This document shows positions 33,917 through 41,117 of a DNA stretch of 44,283 nucleotides, in pieces. Numbering within the stretch: the stretch's first letter is position 1; each line of letters starts with the position of its first letter. The notes beneath the pieces are model-generated. The model saw nothing but the letters and a program-made list of their open reading frames with translations. It was not told the origin of the DNA and made no database searches. The stretch comes from a virus: IMG/VR virus record IMGVR_UViG_3300009421_000008, positions 1 to 44,283 of that record. One strand, written 5' to 3'. The position numbers and the translations under genes were made by a program.

Positions 33917-34656
33917 GTTGGAAGAAACCCACGCAGATTGTGGCTTGGTCATTCAGTCGGTACAGCACTTACAAGCAGTGCCCGTTGAAGGCAAAGCTGA
34001 AGTTCATTGATAAAATCGACGAGCCCAGTAACAAGGCCATGGAGCGAGGTAGCGACATACACAATATGGCGGAGCACTATATCAAGGGAGTTTTGGCCAG
34101 GATTCCTAAGGAGCTGAAACTCTTCGAGAAAGAGATGAAGGCGCTACGCAAACTGTATCGTGAACGGAACAAGAAAGGCATCATCATGGCGGTTGAGGAC
34201 ACATGGGCCTTTACTAAAGAGTGGGATCAAACCACTTGGAACGACTGGGCTAACTGTTGTGTCCGCATTAAGCTTGACTGCGCCGTTGAGGAGAATGAGG
34301 GCCACTTGATTGTGACCGACTGGAAGACTGGCCGGTTACGTCATGAGCAGTCAGAGGATTACAACGAGCAGCTCGAGCTCTACGCGCTGGGCGCTTTTTT
34401 GATGTTTCCAGACATCCACACTGTCGAGCCGCGACTGGCTTATCTGGATCATGGGATCACGTACCCAGAGCTCGAAGGGTCTATGACATACAAGCGCGAC
34501 GACGTTCCTAAGTTGCTTAAAGCTTGGAACAACCGCGTTCGCCCTATGCTCAAGGACAAGAAGTTTGCGCCGCGGCCGAATGATAAGTGCCACTGGTGTT
34601 ACTACTCTGCAGCTAAGTGTCGCGACCGCGGCGTTGAGCCACTCTGTAAGTACTAG
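33913..34656 (+). CDS. PD-(D/E)XK exonuclease, Cas4/RecB-like with a C-terminal Cys cluster
   Basis: YKQCPLKAKLKF, DWKTG, and the C-terminal CHWCYYSAAKC. Together with the N-terminal Cys these give the Cas4-type four-Cys pattern. Confidence 0.7.
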   Translation: MSWKKPTQIVAWSFSRYSTYKQCPLKAKLKFIDKIDEPSNKAMERGSDIHNMAEHYIKGVLARIPKELKLFEKEMKALRKLYRERNKKGIIMAVEDTWAFTKEWDQTTWNDWANCCVRIKLDCAVEENEGHLIVTDWKTGRLRHEQSEDYNEQLELYALGAFLMFPDIHTVEPRLAYLDHGITYPELEGSMTYKRDDVPKLLKAWNNRVRPMLKDKKFAPRPNDKCHWCYYSAAKCRDRGVEPLCKY

Positions 34657-35024
34657 TGAAGCCAACTCTTGAATCCAAGATAGAGCGGGATGCTTGCAAA
34701 GAGATCTTCAACTATCTTGGCATTAAGAACTCAAAGCTGAAGACCGATGAGAACGGCTTTCCAGACAGGATGTTCTGGATGCCTAACGGCAAGCCGTTTT
34801 TCATTGAGTTCAAGAGGCCGGGAGAAGTGCCAGAAAAGTTGCAAGCCCATAGGCACACCTTCTTAGAATCGCTGGGCTACACAGTAGAGACTCACGACAA
34901 TGTTGCAGACGCTTTTCAGGCTGTATTCGAAAAAGTGGACACCAAAAGGCTACCACTTGAAAGCCTTGAAATTCTTGATCGAGCATCAAAGCGGCTTGCT
35001 GCTCTTAGATCCAGGGCTCGGTAA
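34656..35024 (+). CDS. VRR-NUC domain nuclease
   Basis: GFPDRMFWMPNGKPFFIEFKRPGEVPEKLQAHRHTFLESLGY. The last roughly 32 codons overlap the SNF2 gene. Confidence 0.7.
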   Translation: MKPTLESKIERDACKEIFNYLGIKNSKLKTDENGFPDRMFWMPNGKPFFIEFKRPGEVPEKLQAHRHTFLESLGYTVETHDNVADAFQAVFEKVDTKRLPLESLEILDRASKRLAALRSRAR

Positions 35025-36378
35025 GACATCAATCACACTGGCCGCCATCGCCTTTCTTAAGAAGAAGGGGCTCATACAGAAGGTGCTCATCGTTGCTCCT
35101 ATTCGTGTGTGCCAGTTAGTGTGGCCCGCAGAGCGCAACAAATGGAAAGATTTTCACGGCCTATCTATGGTGCTGCTCCACGGCCCAGATAAAGAGGAGC
35201 TGCTTCAGATTCCAGCTGACATCTATCTAGTGAACCCAGAAGGCCTAGACTGGCTGCTCGGTGTTGAGAAGCAGATGACTAAATCTGGCAAACAGTCAAT
35301 TAAACCAGACCGCAAGCGATGGAAGAAGTTTGGGTTCGATACCATTGTCATTGACGAAATCAGCAAGTTCAAGCACCACGGCAGCGGGCGGTTTAGAGCG
35401 TTGAAACAAGTGAACGATACACTTCAGCGTCGGTGGGGGTTAACCGGGTCACCGGCATCCAACGGGCTCATGGGTCTGTTCGGCATCTGCTTCATTGTTG
35501 ATGGCGGCCGCACATTTGGCCAATTCATCAGCCACTACCGTCGCAAGTACTTCCACCAGAGCTACAACGGGTTTGGTTGGGAACTACAAGAAGATGCAGA
35601 GGAGAAGATCTACGATCGCATTGCTCCACTGGCGCTTAGAATGGCGGCCGAAGATTACATCAAAATGCCCACTCTGGTGCCCAACTATATTAAGGTGAAA
35701 TTGCCCGACAAAGCCCGTCGGATTTACGATGAGGTGTGGAAGGATCTGATAGCTGAGATTGACGAGCGAGTTGTCACAGCGGCTAACAGTGGGGTGCGGA
35801 TAAACAAGTGTCGTCAGATAGCCAATGGAGCCATCTACTTAGATCCTGATGTTCAAGCTCTGTTGAAGCTGCCTACTAAGAACCGCGAGTGGGTTGAGGT
35901 GCATGACGAGAAGATCAAAGCGCTTGATGATCTTATAGACTCACTTCAAGGCACTCCGCTCTTCGTTGCCTACGACTATGGGCACGATTTAGAACGGCTG
36001 CTCAAGAAGTTTGGCAAAGACACTCCCAATATAGGTAGTGGAGTGACAGCAGCCAGAGCGCAGGATATAGAGAGACAATGGAACGCAGGCGAGATACCTC
36101 TGCTTTTGGGACATCCTCAATCTGTGGGGCACGGCTTGAACTTGCAGAACGACAAGAAGCACATCTGTTGGTTCAGCATGATCTACGACTTCGAACTGTA
36201 CGACCAATTCATTCGCAGAATTAGACGCAACGGAAACAAAAGTGGCCGTGTCTTCGTGCACCATATTCTGGCAGAAGACACAGTTGATGATGACATGCTC
36301 TTAGCAATGTCTGCTAAGAACAAGAGTCAACAGGAATTGTTTTCAGCCCTTAAAAAGCGAGCCAAGATGAAGTACTGA
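34900..36378 (+). CDS. SNF2-family (SF2) helicase
   Basis: LLLDPGLGKTS (motif I), VIDEISKFKH (motif II), HPQSVGHGLNLQ (motif V/VI region). Confidence 0.8.
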   Translation: MLQTLFRLYSKKWTPKGYHLKALKFLIEHQSGLLLLDPGLGKTSITLAAIAFLKKKGLIQKVLIVAPIRVCQLVWPAERNKWKDFHGLSMVLLHGPDKEELLQIPADIYLVNPEGLDWLLGVEKQMTKSGKQSIKPDRKRWKKFGFDTIVIDEISKFKHHGSGRFRALKQVNDTLQRRWGLTGSPASNGLMGLFGICFIVDGGRTFGQFISHYRRKYFHQSYNGFGWELQEDAEEKIYDRIAPLALRMAAEDYIKMPTLVPNYIKVKLPDKARRIYDEVWKDLIAEIDERVVTAANSGVRINKCRQIANGAIYLDPDVQALLKLPTKNREWVEVHDEKIKALDDLIDSLQGTPLFVAYDYGHDLERLLKKFGKDTPNIGSGVTAARAQDIERQWNAGEIPLLLGHPQSVGHGLNLQNDKKHICWFSMIYDFELYDQFIRRIRRNGNKSGRVFVHHILAEDTVDDDMLLAMSAKNKSQQELFSALKKRAKMKY

Positions 36379-36416
36379 GGTTTGTGGCCATTGTTACAAA
36401 TTAATTGGCCAAAAGA

Positions 36417-36446
36417 GTGTACATCTCAAATAAATAGTTATATTAT
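36417..36446 (+). promoter_or_regulatory. Sigma70-type promoter with embedded palindrome (GTGTAC N18 TATTAT)
   Basis: gtgtac-atctcaaataaatagtta-tattat. It shares its downstream leader (attcttcaatc vs attcttaatc) with the 30203 element. Confidence 0.6.
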
Positions 36447-36503
36447 TAATTCTTCAATCAGACGTACACACACACTTAACACAGCACCCCAGGAGAAACA
36501 AAA

Positions 36504-36920
36504 ATGACTATCAAATCATACGCAAAACGTGACTCGGCTACCGCAGCTCTTCGTAAGATGGGCCTTGGAAGATCTTCGTACGACCAACTGCTTAATTTAG
36601 ACTCTGACGATCGTTGGTACTTCAACGCCGACGAGGCTGCCGCGTTGCTCAAGTCTTTTGATGATCAAATCGCGCGAATTACTAAATCAGACGTTGACAA
36701 AGCAATCATCAAACCAAAGCCAACCAAAAAATCCAAGCCGGCTAAGAAGGCTTCGACTAACGGCAAAGAAACTGTGTCTAGCCGCATTCGCTCGTTGATC
36801 AACGAAGGACACAGCAACTCAGAAATCTGGGAAATTGTGCAGCCCGAGTATGATCTTGACGACAAAAAGCGCAGCTACCCAGCATGGTATCGCAGCCAAA
36901 TGAAACGCGCGGCCGAATAA
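36504..36920 (+). CDS. Hypothetical protein with a Lys-rich linker and a C-terminal domain shared with the 37240..37923 product
   Basis: AGGAG N9 ATG. KPKPTKKSKPAKKAS linker, then SRIRSLINEGHSNSEIWEIVQPEYDLDDKKRSYPAWYRSQMKR. Confidence 0.6.
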   Translation: MTIKSYAKRDSATAALRKMGLGRSSYDQLLNLDSDDRWYFNADEAAALLKSFDDQIARITKSDVDKAIIKPKPTKKSKPAKKASTNGKETVSSRIRSLINEGHSNSEIWEIVQPEYDLDDKKRSYPAWYRSQMKRAAE

Positions 36921-37024
36921 TGGATCTCGAAACCACGCGAGAAATCTTAGTTAACGCCATCGCTTGGGCTGTTGTTTTATACGTCGGGTGGTGGCTTTTC
37001 GGGAGAGATGACGATGACGATTGA
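36920..37024 (+). CDS. Possible 34-aa single-TM peptide (below the track's length cut-off)
   Basis: TAATG coupling to the upstream stop. MDLETTREILVNAIAWAVVLYVGWWLFGRDDDDD. It overlaps the next gene's ATG. Confidence 0.3.
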   Translation: MDLETTREILVNAIAWAVVLYVGWWLFGRDDDDD

Positions 37025-37274
37025 AATCATCGATGAATCCTACGCTGGGCTAGAAATCCATCAACTCTACATCGATGGCGGTAGAGCTGTAGCCGCTATT
37101 CGTAGACCGGGCCAACCGGTTGAATTATCTTGGCAAGTGTATGGCCCGCAATTCTGGCCAGATGCCCAGAAAATTATCCAAGGATTGGTACAGCTGTCTT
37201 TCATAGCTGATCAAATGCATTCAACAGGGAGAGTTTCAAATGCCGGCAAGAAAACAAGAGCCAAAAGAAAGTAG
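37014..37274 (+). CDS. Hypothetical protein (86 aa)
   Basis: GGGAGA N7 ATG at 37014. The track's TTG at 36972 is an alternative. Confidence 0.45.
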   Translation: MTIEIIDESYAGLEIHQLYIDGGRAVAAIRRPGQPVELSWQVYGPQFWPDAQKIIQGLVQLSFIADQMHSTGRVSNAGKKTRAKRK

Positions 37275-37923
37275 TTTGTCTCCGGGCGTGTTCTCAGATA
37301 AAAAACGGCATACCTGCATACTGTGCTCGTCGTCATCTGGCAAAGCGCAGTACATTCCGCTCTGCATAGCGGACGGCATGGTTGTGCGTGAAGTATCTGT
37401 AGATGAATTCCAAAACACTTGGAAAGCAATACCTGAGTATCCTCTTGATCGCGCAGCTGATTTGTATATCCAATACGCGCTAGACATTGGCGCTGAATCA
37501 GATGCCATCGACTATCTTTCAAAGATGACTAAGAACCAGAAAGAAGCGATTGCTAAGGTCAAAGCCAATGGCCCACGCGATGTCAAGCAAGTCATGCGTA
37601 AAAAATCAGGCCCCATGAGTCCAGCCGGTATGACAGAAGAAAAGGCAAGAGCTAAACCTTCAGGTCCACCACCAGTTTTTAAGGAGAACAAAAAGCAAGC
37701 GTCTAAGAAAGCGCCGGCTAAAAAGGCCGTAGGACCCAAGAAGCCGTCAGCAGCATCACGGTTTAGAGAGTTAATTATGGAGGGCAAGCTTAGCGATCAG
37801 CAGATCTTTGCTGCCGTCCAAAAGGAATTCGGCTTGGATGATAAGCGATTCACTTACGTTAAGTGGTACCGCGACAAGCTGCGCAAAGATGGATTGAACC
37901 CACCAGAAGCCAAGGAGAAATAG
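37240..37923 (+). CDS. Hypothetical protein with a Lys-rich linker and a C-terminal domain paralogous to the 36504..36920 product
   Basis: GGGAGAG N7 ATG. KKQASKKAPAKKAVGPKKPS linker, then SRFRELIMEGKLSDQQIFAAVQKEFGLDDKRFTYVKWYRDKLRK. Confidence 0.6.
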   Translation: MPARKQEPKESSLSPGVFSDKKRHTCILCSSSSGKAQYIPLCIADGMVVREVSVDEFQNTWKAIPEYPLDRAADLYIQYALDIGAESDAIDYLSKMTKNQKEAIAKVKANGPRDVKQVMRKKSGPMSPAGMTEEKARAKPSGPPPVFKENKKQASKKAPAKKAVGPKKPSAASRFRELIMEGKLSDQQIFAAVQKEFGLDDKRFTYVKWYRDKLRKDGLNPPEAKEK

Positions 37924-37924
37924 C

Positions 37925-38692
37925 ATGCCTAAAACACGGGAGATTTTAAGAGATGATAGGGATTACGATACAACACAGCTTCGAGAAGCCGGACACGGAC
38001 GTACACTTCACCGCGACTATTCAGCTCACTTCTGGCGATGGTCTTTCGCCCGACGATTTATCACACCTAAGGACAATGTGCTCGAAATTGGTTGCGGAGA
38101 AGACCGCCCGTTATCTAAAATCCTTACAGGTGGAGCTGCCGCAAGCGTCGGCCGGTATACTGGCGTGGACATCAATAAACTTAAGCCATCTCAGTCTCAG
38201 CGTCTCACCTTCCACGGGGAGTTTAATTTCGTCACAGAACACAAGAAGCTCTTGACTGGCGAGAACGCAGATGGGTTTGACGTAGTCGTGCATCTTGAAG
38301 TGATTGAGCACATGAAGGTGGAGCACGGCCGCAAGCTGCTTCGAAATGCATTCGCATGTTTGAAGCCGGGCGGAACGATGCTCATGTCTACCCCGTGCTA
38401 CGACGGTAAGCGGCATGCTGCTAACCATATTCATGAGTACACTGTTCCTGAGCTTCAGAAGGCTACTGAGAAGGCTGGCTTCGAAGTTGTGAAACGCTAC
38501 GGTGCATTCATGGACATCAAGCACATCGGCAAGAAAGACCGCAGCAACAATGAGTGTACCGATGCTGCCATTACCGAGGTGTACCAAGCGCTCAGGGAGT
38601 ATTACGACAACGATGCACTGAGCTGCTTCTTTGCTCCGCTGTATCCTGACAACGCCCGCAACAACTTGTGGGTTTGCCGCAAACCAAATTAA
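37925..38692 (+). CDS. Class I SAM-dependent methyltransferase (substrate unknown)
   Basis: Motif I VLEIGCGEDRP, then VVVHLEVIEHM and LKPGGTMLMSTP. I found no DPPY/NPPY or PC/ENV DNA-methyltransferase motifs. Confidence 0.7.
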   Translation: MPKTREILRDDRDYDTTQLREAGHGRTLHRDYSAHFWRWSFARRFITPKDNVLEIGCGEDRPLSKILTGGAAASVGRYTGVDINKLKPSQSQRLTFHGEFNFVTEHKKLLTGENADGFDVVVHLEVIEHMKVEHGRKLLRNAFACLKPGGTMLMSTPCYDGKRHAANHIHEYTVPELQKATEKAGFEVVKRYGAFMDIKHIGKKDRSNNECTDAAITEVYQALREYYDNDALSCFFAPLYPDNARNNLWVCRKPN

Positions 38693-38702
38693 GGAGAAAT
38701 CA

Positions 38703-39134
38703 ATGAGAAAGAATTTTGATGACGTGCGTGAATTGCACGAGAGTTTTGCTATTGCCGTCAACGACACACCGCATCTGTTGTGTCGTCGGTTAGCCCAAGA
38801 GCGGATAGATTTCATTGGTGAAGAACTCGATGAATTGTACGATGCCATGAGTGCTGACGACATCAACGAAATAGCCGATGCGCTGATCGACATTGTGGTC
38901 GTTGCTATGGGCACTGCGGCTATGATGGGCCTCCCGTGGCAAGAACTGTGGGACGACGTGCATCGCGCCAACATGGCTAAGGAGCGAGGAGTAGGGAAGC
39001 GAGGCAATGCAGTCGACCTCATCAAGCCTGAGGGCTGGGTGCCGCCTCACACACGAGATATTCTGCAAGAAGCGGGGTATAACTTTGACAATCCACCGGA
39101 GCCTCATGATGACAGACGCACAAAGATTTCCTGA
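38703..39134 (+). CDS. MazG-like all-alpha nucleoside triphosphate pyrophosphohydrolase
   Basis: AAGGAG N7 ATG. IDFIGEELDELYDA...EIADALIDIVVVAMG gives the EExxE...D metal-binding helices. Confidence 0.65.
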   Translation: MRKNFDDVRELHESFAIAVNDTPHLLCRRLAQERIDFIGEELDELYDAMSADDINEIADALIDIVVVAMGTAAMMGLPWQELWDDVHRANMAKERGVGKRGNAVDLIKPEGWVPPHTRDILQEAGYNFDNPPEPHDDRRTKIS

Positions 39135-39642
39135 GAAGCAAATCGTAATCTTTGAAGGTTGCGATTGCACTGGCAAGACCACCGCTGCCAAGGCCTACGC
39201 GGCAGCGACTGGGGCCGATTACATCCACAACGGGCCGTATTTGGGCAAGACCGGGTCTGAGCTGTTTAACGTTTATTTTAATCAGATGGAATTCTCTAGA
39301 CTCAACGACATTCCAGTTGTCATTGATCGTTGTTGGGTCAGTGAGAATATTTACGGACGGGTGCTGCGCGGAGGATCTAGGTTATCTCCTGACCAGACAA
39401 CTGAGTTACTCGAAATGGCAGAGCATTTAGACGTTGAATTCATCGTCTGCGACCCTGGGTTAGACCAAGTTAAAAACACTTGGTTATCTCGCCGACAAAC
39501 TGAGCTGGTAGTGGATACTGAGAACCTTGAGAAGGTTTGGAATTATTACTCTGCGCTTGGTAATGCCAGGGCAAAGATTTACGACTGGCTCGAGTTCAAG
39601 GACTGCTCGATGGATGACCTTATCAACTTCATAGAGGATTAA
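39106..39642 (+). CDS. Thymidylate-kinase-like dNMP kinase
   Basis: P-loop IVIFEGCDCTGKTT and the downstream VVIDR motif, as in the TMK family. The start is at ATG 39106 or 39109. Confidence 0.6.
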   Translation: MMTDAQRFPEKQIVIFEGCDCTGKTTAAKAYAAATGADYIHNGPYLGKTGSELFNVYFNQMEFSRLNDIPVVIDRCWVSENIYGRVLRGGSRLSPDQTTELLEMAEHLDVEFIVCDPGLDQVKNTWLSRRQTELVVDTENLEKVWNYYSALGNARAKIYDWLEFKDCSMDDLINFIED

Positions 39643-39645
39643 AAC

Positions 39646-40449
39646 ATGTTTGACACAAATAGAAGCTACATCGAAACTGCGGACGCCGTCATTGCGTACG
39701 GAGGCGGGGTTAACCCACGGGGGCAAGGCACTGTGGAAGTTATTGGTCATCAGACAGCGGTAAATATGAGGAAGCCTATTATCACGCTGCCAAGTCGTGC
39801 GCTTAACTACCAATTCATGTTTGCAGAGGCCGCTTGGATTCTGAGAGGTGATGACAGTCTAGCGCCTTTGGTTAAACACATCAACAGGATGAAAGACTTC
39901 AGTGACGACGGTGAAACGCTGTCTGGCGCTTACGGCCCACGTTACGTCGATCAACGCGACTATGTTTTGGATGCCTTACTGAGTGATCCTACAACTCGGC
40001 AGGCTGGTTTGACATTGTGGAAACCCAGTCCTACGCCAAGTAAAGATATACCATGCACCCTTGCACTGTGGTTCTTAATCCGAGAAGGCCACTTGTGGGT
40101 ACATGCTTTCATGCGGAGTAGCGACGTTTGGCTGGGGTTGCCGTACGACATCTTCAGCTTCAGTATGATAGGCCATGACATTTGTGCACGGTATAACTTA
40201 AACAACGGCGGCGAAACCATCAAGCCGGGCGGTTTAATTATCTCTGCCGCGTCGACCCACGTGTATGACAGAGATGCCGACCTCGTTAAGAACATGGTCA
40301 AAGAGTCTACGGAGTATAGGAATAGGCCACTACAGTTGGAAACACCCAGCGCGTTGCACACAGACCCGATGTTCCTGATGCACTGGCTTGAGGACACATC
40401 CAATGATCCTGAAGCCGCCAGAAACTGCTGGAAAGTTGATGGGATCTAG
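39646..40449 (+). CDS. ThyA-family pyrimidine-C5 transferase with Asp at the Asn177 position; predicted dCMP hydroxymethylase or dCMP methyltransferase rather than thymidylate synthase
   Basis: It aligns to E. coli ThyA: PRGQGT / DRTGTGT; AEAAWIL / HELLWFL; DIPCTLALWF / LAPCHAFFQF (Cys137, 40054-40056); MRSSDVWLGLPYDIFSF / YQRSCDVFLGLPFNIASY (Asp168, 40147-40149). The Cys-to-Asp spacing is 31 residues, the same as C146-N177. Confidence 0.65.
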   Translation: MFDTNRSYIETADAVIAYGGGVNPRGQGTVEVIGHQTAVNMRKPIITLPSRALNYQFMFAEAAWILRGDDSLAPLVKHINRMKDFSDDGETLSGAYGPRYVDQRDYVLDALLSDPTTRQAGLTLWKPSPTPSKDIPCTLALWFLIREGHLWVHAFMRSSDVWLGLPYDIFSFSMIGHDICARYNLNNGGETIKPGGLIISAASTHVYDRDADLVKNMVKESTEYRNRPLQLETPSALHTDPMFLMHWLEDTSNDPEAARNCWKVDGI

Positions 40450-40936
40450 AATCTCAACCTACGCATGGTTATCTGAGATGGCACAGATAACTGCCAAGAG
40501 ATCTACGTGTGCACGCCGTCAGGTCGGTTGTGTTCTTGTGGACTGGCATAATAAGGTTCTATCTACGGGGTACAACGGCACGCCGGTGGGTTTCAAGAAC
40601 TGCTCAGAGGCTCGTGCACGAGACGGAGGTGGTCTGGTGTGCTCTGCCAGAAACTCTCCTTCTGGAGAAGATCTTGGTGGGTGCCACGCCGTGCATGCGG
40701 AACAGAACGCGCTGCTCCAGTGCCCGGATGTTAACACAATCAAGACCTGCTTTGTCACGACCAGCCCGTGTGTCCACTGTGTGAAGATGCTACTCAACAC
40801 ATCTTGTGATCAAATAGTTTTCTTAGAACCTTACGCTCATGAAGCAACTTCTCGAGAGCTGTGGTTGAGCTCTCCTATAGAGAGACACTGGAAGTTCTGG
40901 GCACTAGAAGGATACGAGCTGTCTGGCAGAAACTAA
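40439..40936 (+). CDS. dCMP deaminase (cytidine/deoxycytidylate deaminase zinc-binding family)
   Basis: AKRSTCARRQVGCVLVD, HAEQNAL and PCVHCVKML. Start at ATG 40439, overlapping the upstream gene's end. Confidence 0.8.
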   Translation: MGSRISTYAWLSEMAQITAKRSTCARRQVGCVLVDWHNKVLSTGYNGTPVGFKNCSEARARDGGGLVCSARNSPSGEDLGGCHAVHAEQNALLQCPDVNTIKTCFVTTSPCVHCVKMLLNTSCDQIVFLEPYAHEATSRELWLSSPIERHWKFWALEGYELSGRN

Positions 40937-40975
40937 TCAGGATCGATCTAGTTTAACCTCCTAGCTGAAGTGTTA

Positions 40976-41012
40976 AGGCCCTCTACGTTAGCGCGTCTGA
41001 GGGCCTCTTTTT
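40976..41012 (+). terminator. Rho-independent terminator ending the plus-strand arm
   Basis: aggccctc-N15-gagggcct followed by cttttta, 40 nt after the deaminase stop. Confidence 0.7.
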
Positions 41013-41020
41013 ATTCCGCA

Positions 41021-41054
41021 ATAAGAAAAACCCAAGGCCTTTCAGCCCCGGGTT
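41021..41054 (-). terminator. Rho-independent terminator ending the minus-strand arm
   Basis: Minus strand: AACCCGGGGC-TGAAAG-GCCTTGGGTT (10 bp including two G.U pairs that form only in this orientation), running into TTTTTCTTAT. Confidence 0.6.
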
Positions 41055-41117
41055 AACAAGAATCTTCACAACATAAAGAACAGTCGTTGTGGCGCCTAGT
41101 CCACAACCAATCCTCCA

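Noticed and set aside
36379-36416. The TGGCCA...TGGCCA hairpin after the SNF2 gene as a terminator
   Set aside because: It has only a 6-bp stem, a 15-nt loop and no following T-tract. The adjacent conserved promoter element is the better-supported feature of this gap.
38111-39025. 304-aa minus-strand ORF antisense to the methyltransferase and MazG-like genes
   Set aside because: It is long but Ser/Ala/Cys-rich with no recognisable motif and no RBS. It lies opposite two genes with clear catalytic motifs in a coupled plus-strand operon, so it is most likely an antisense artefact.
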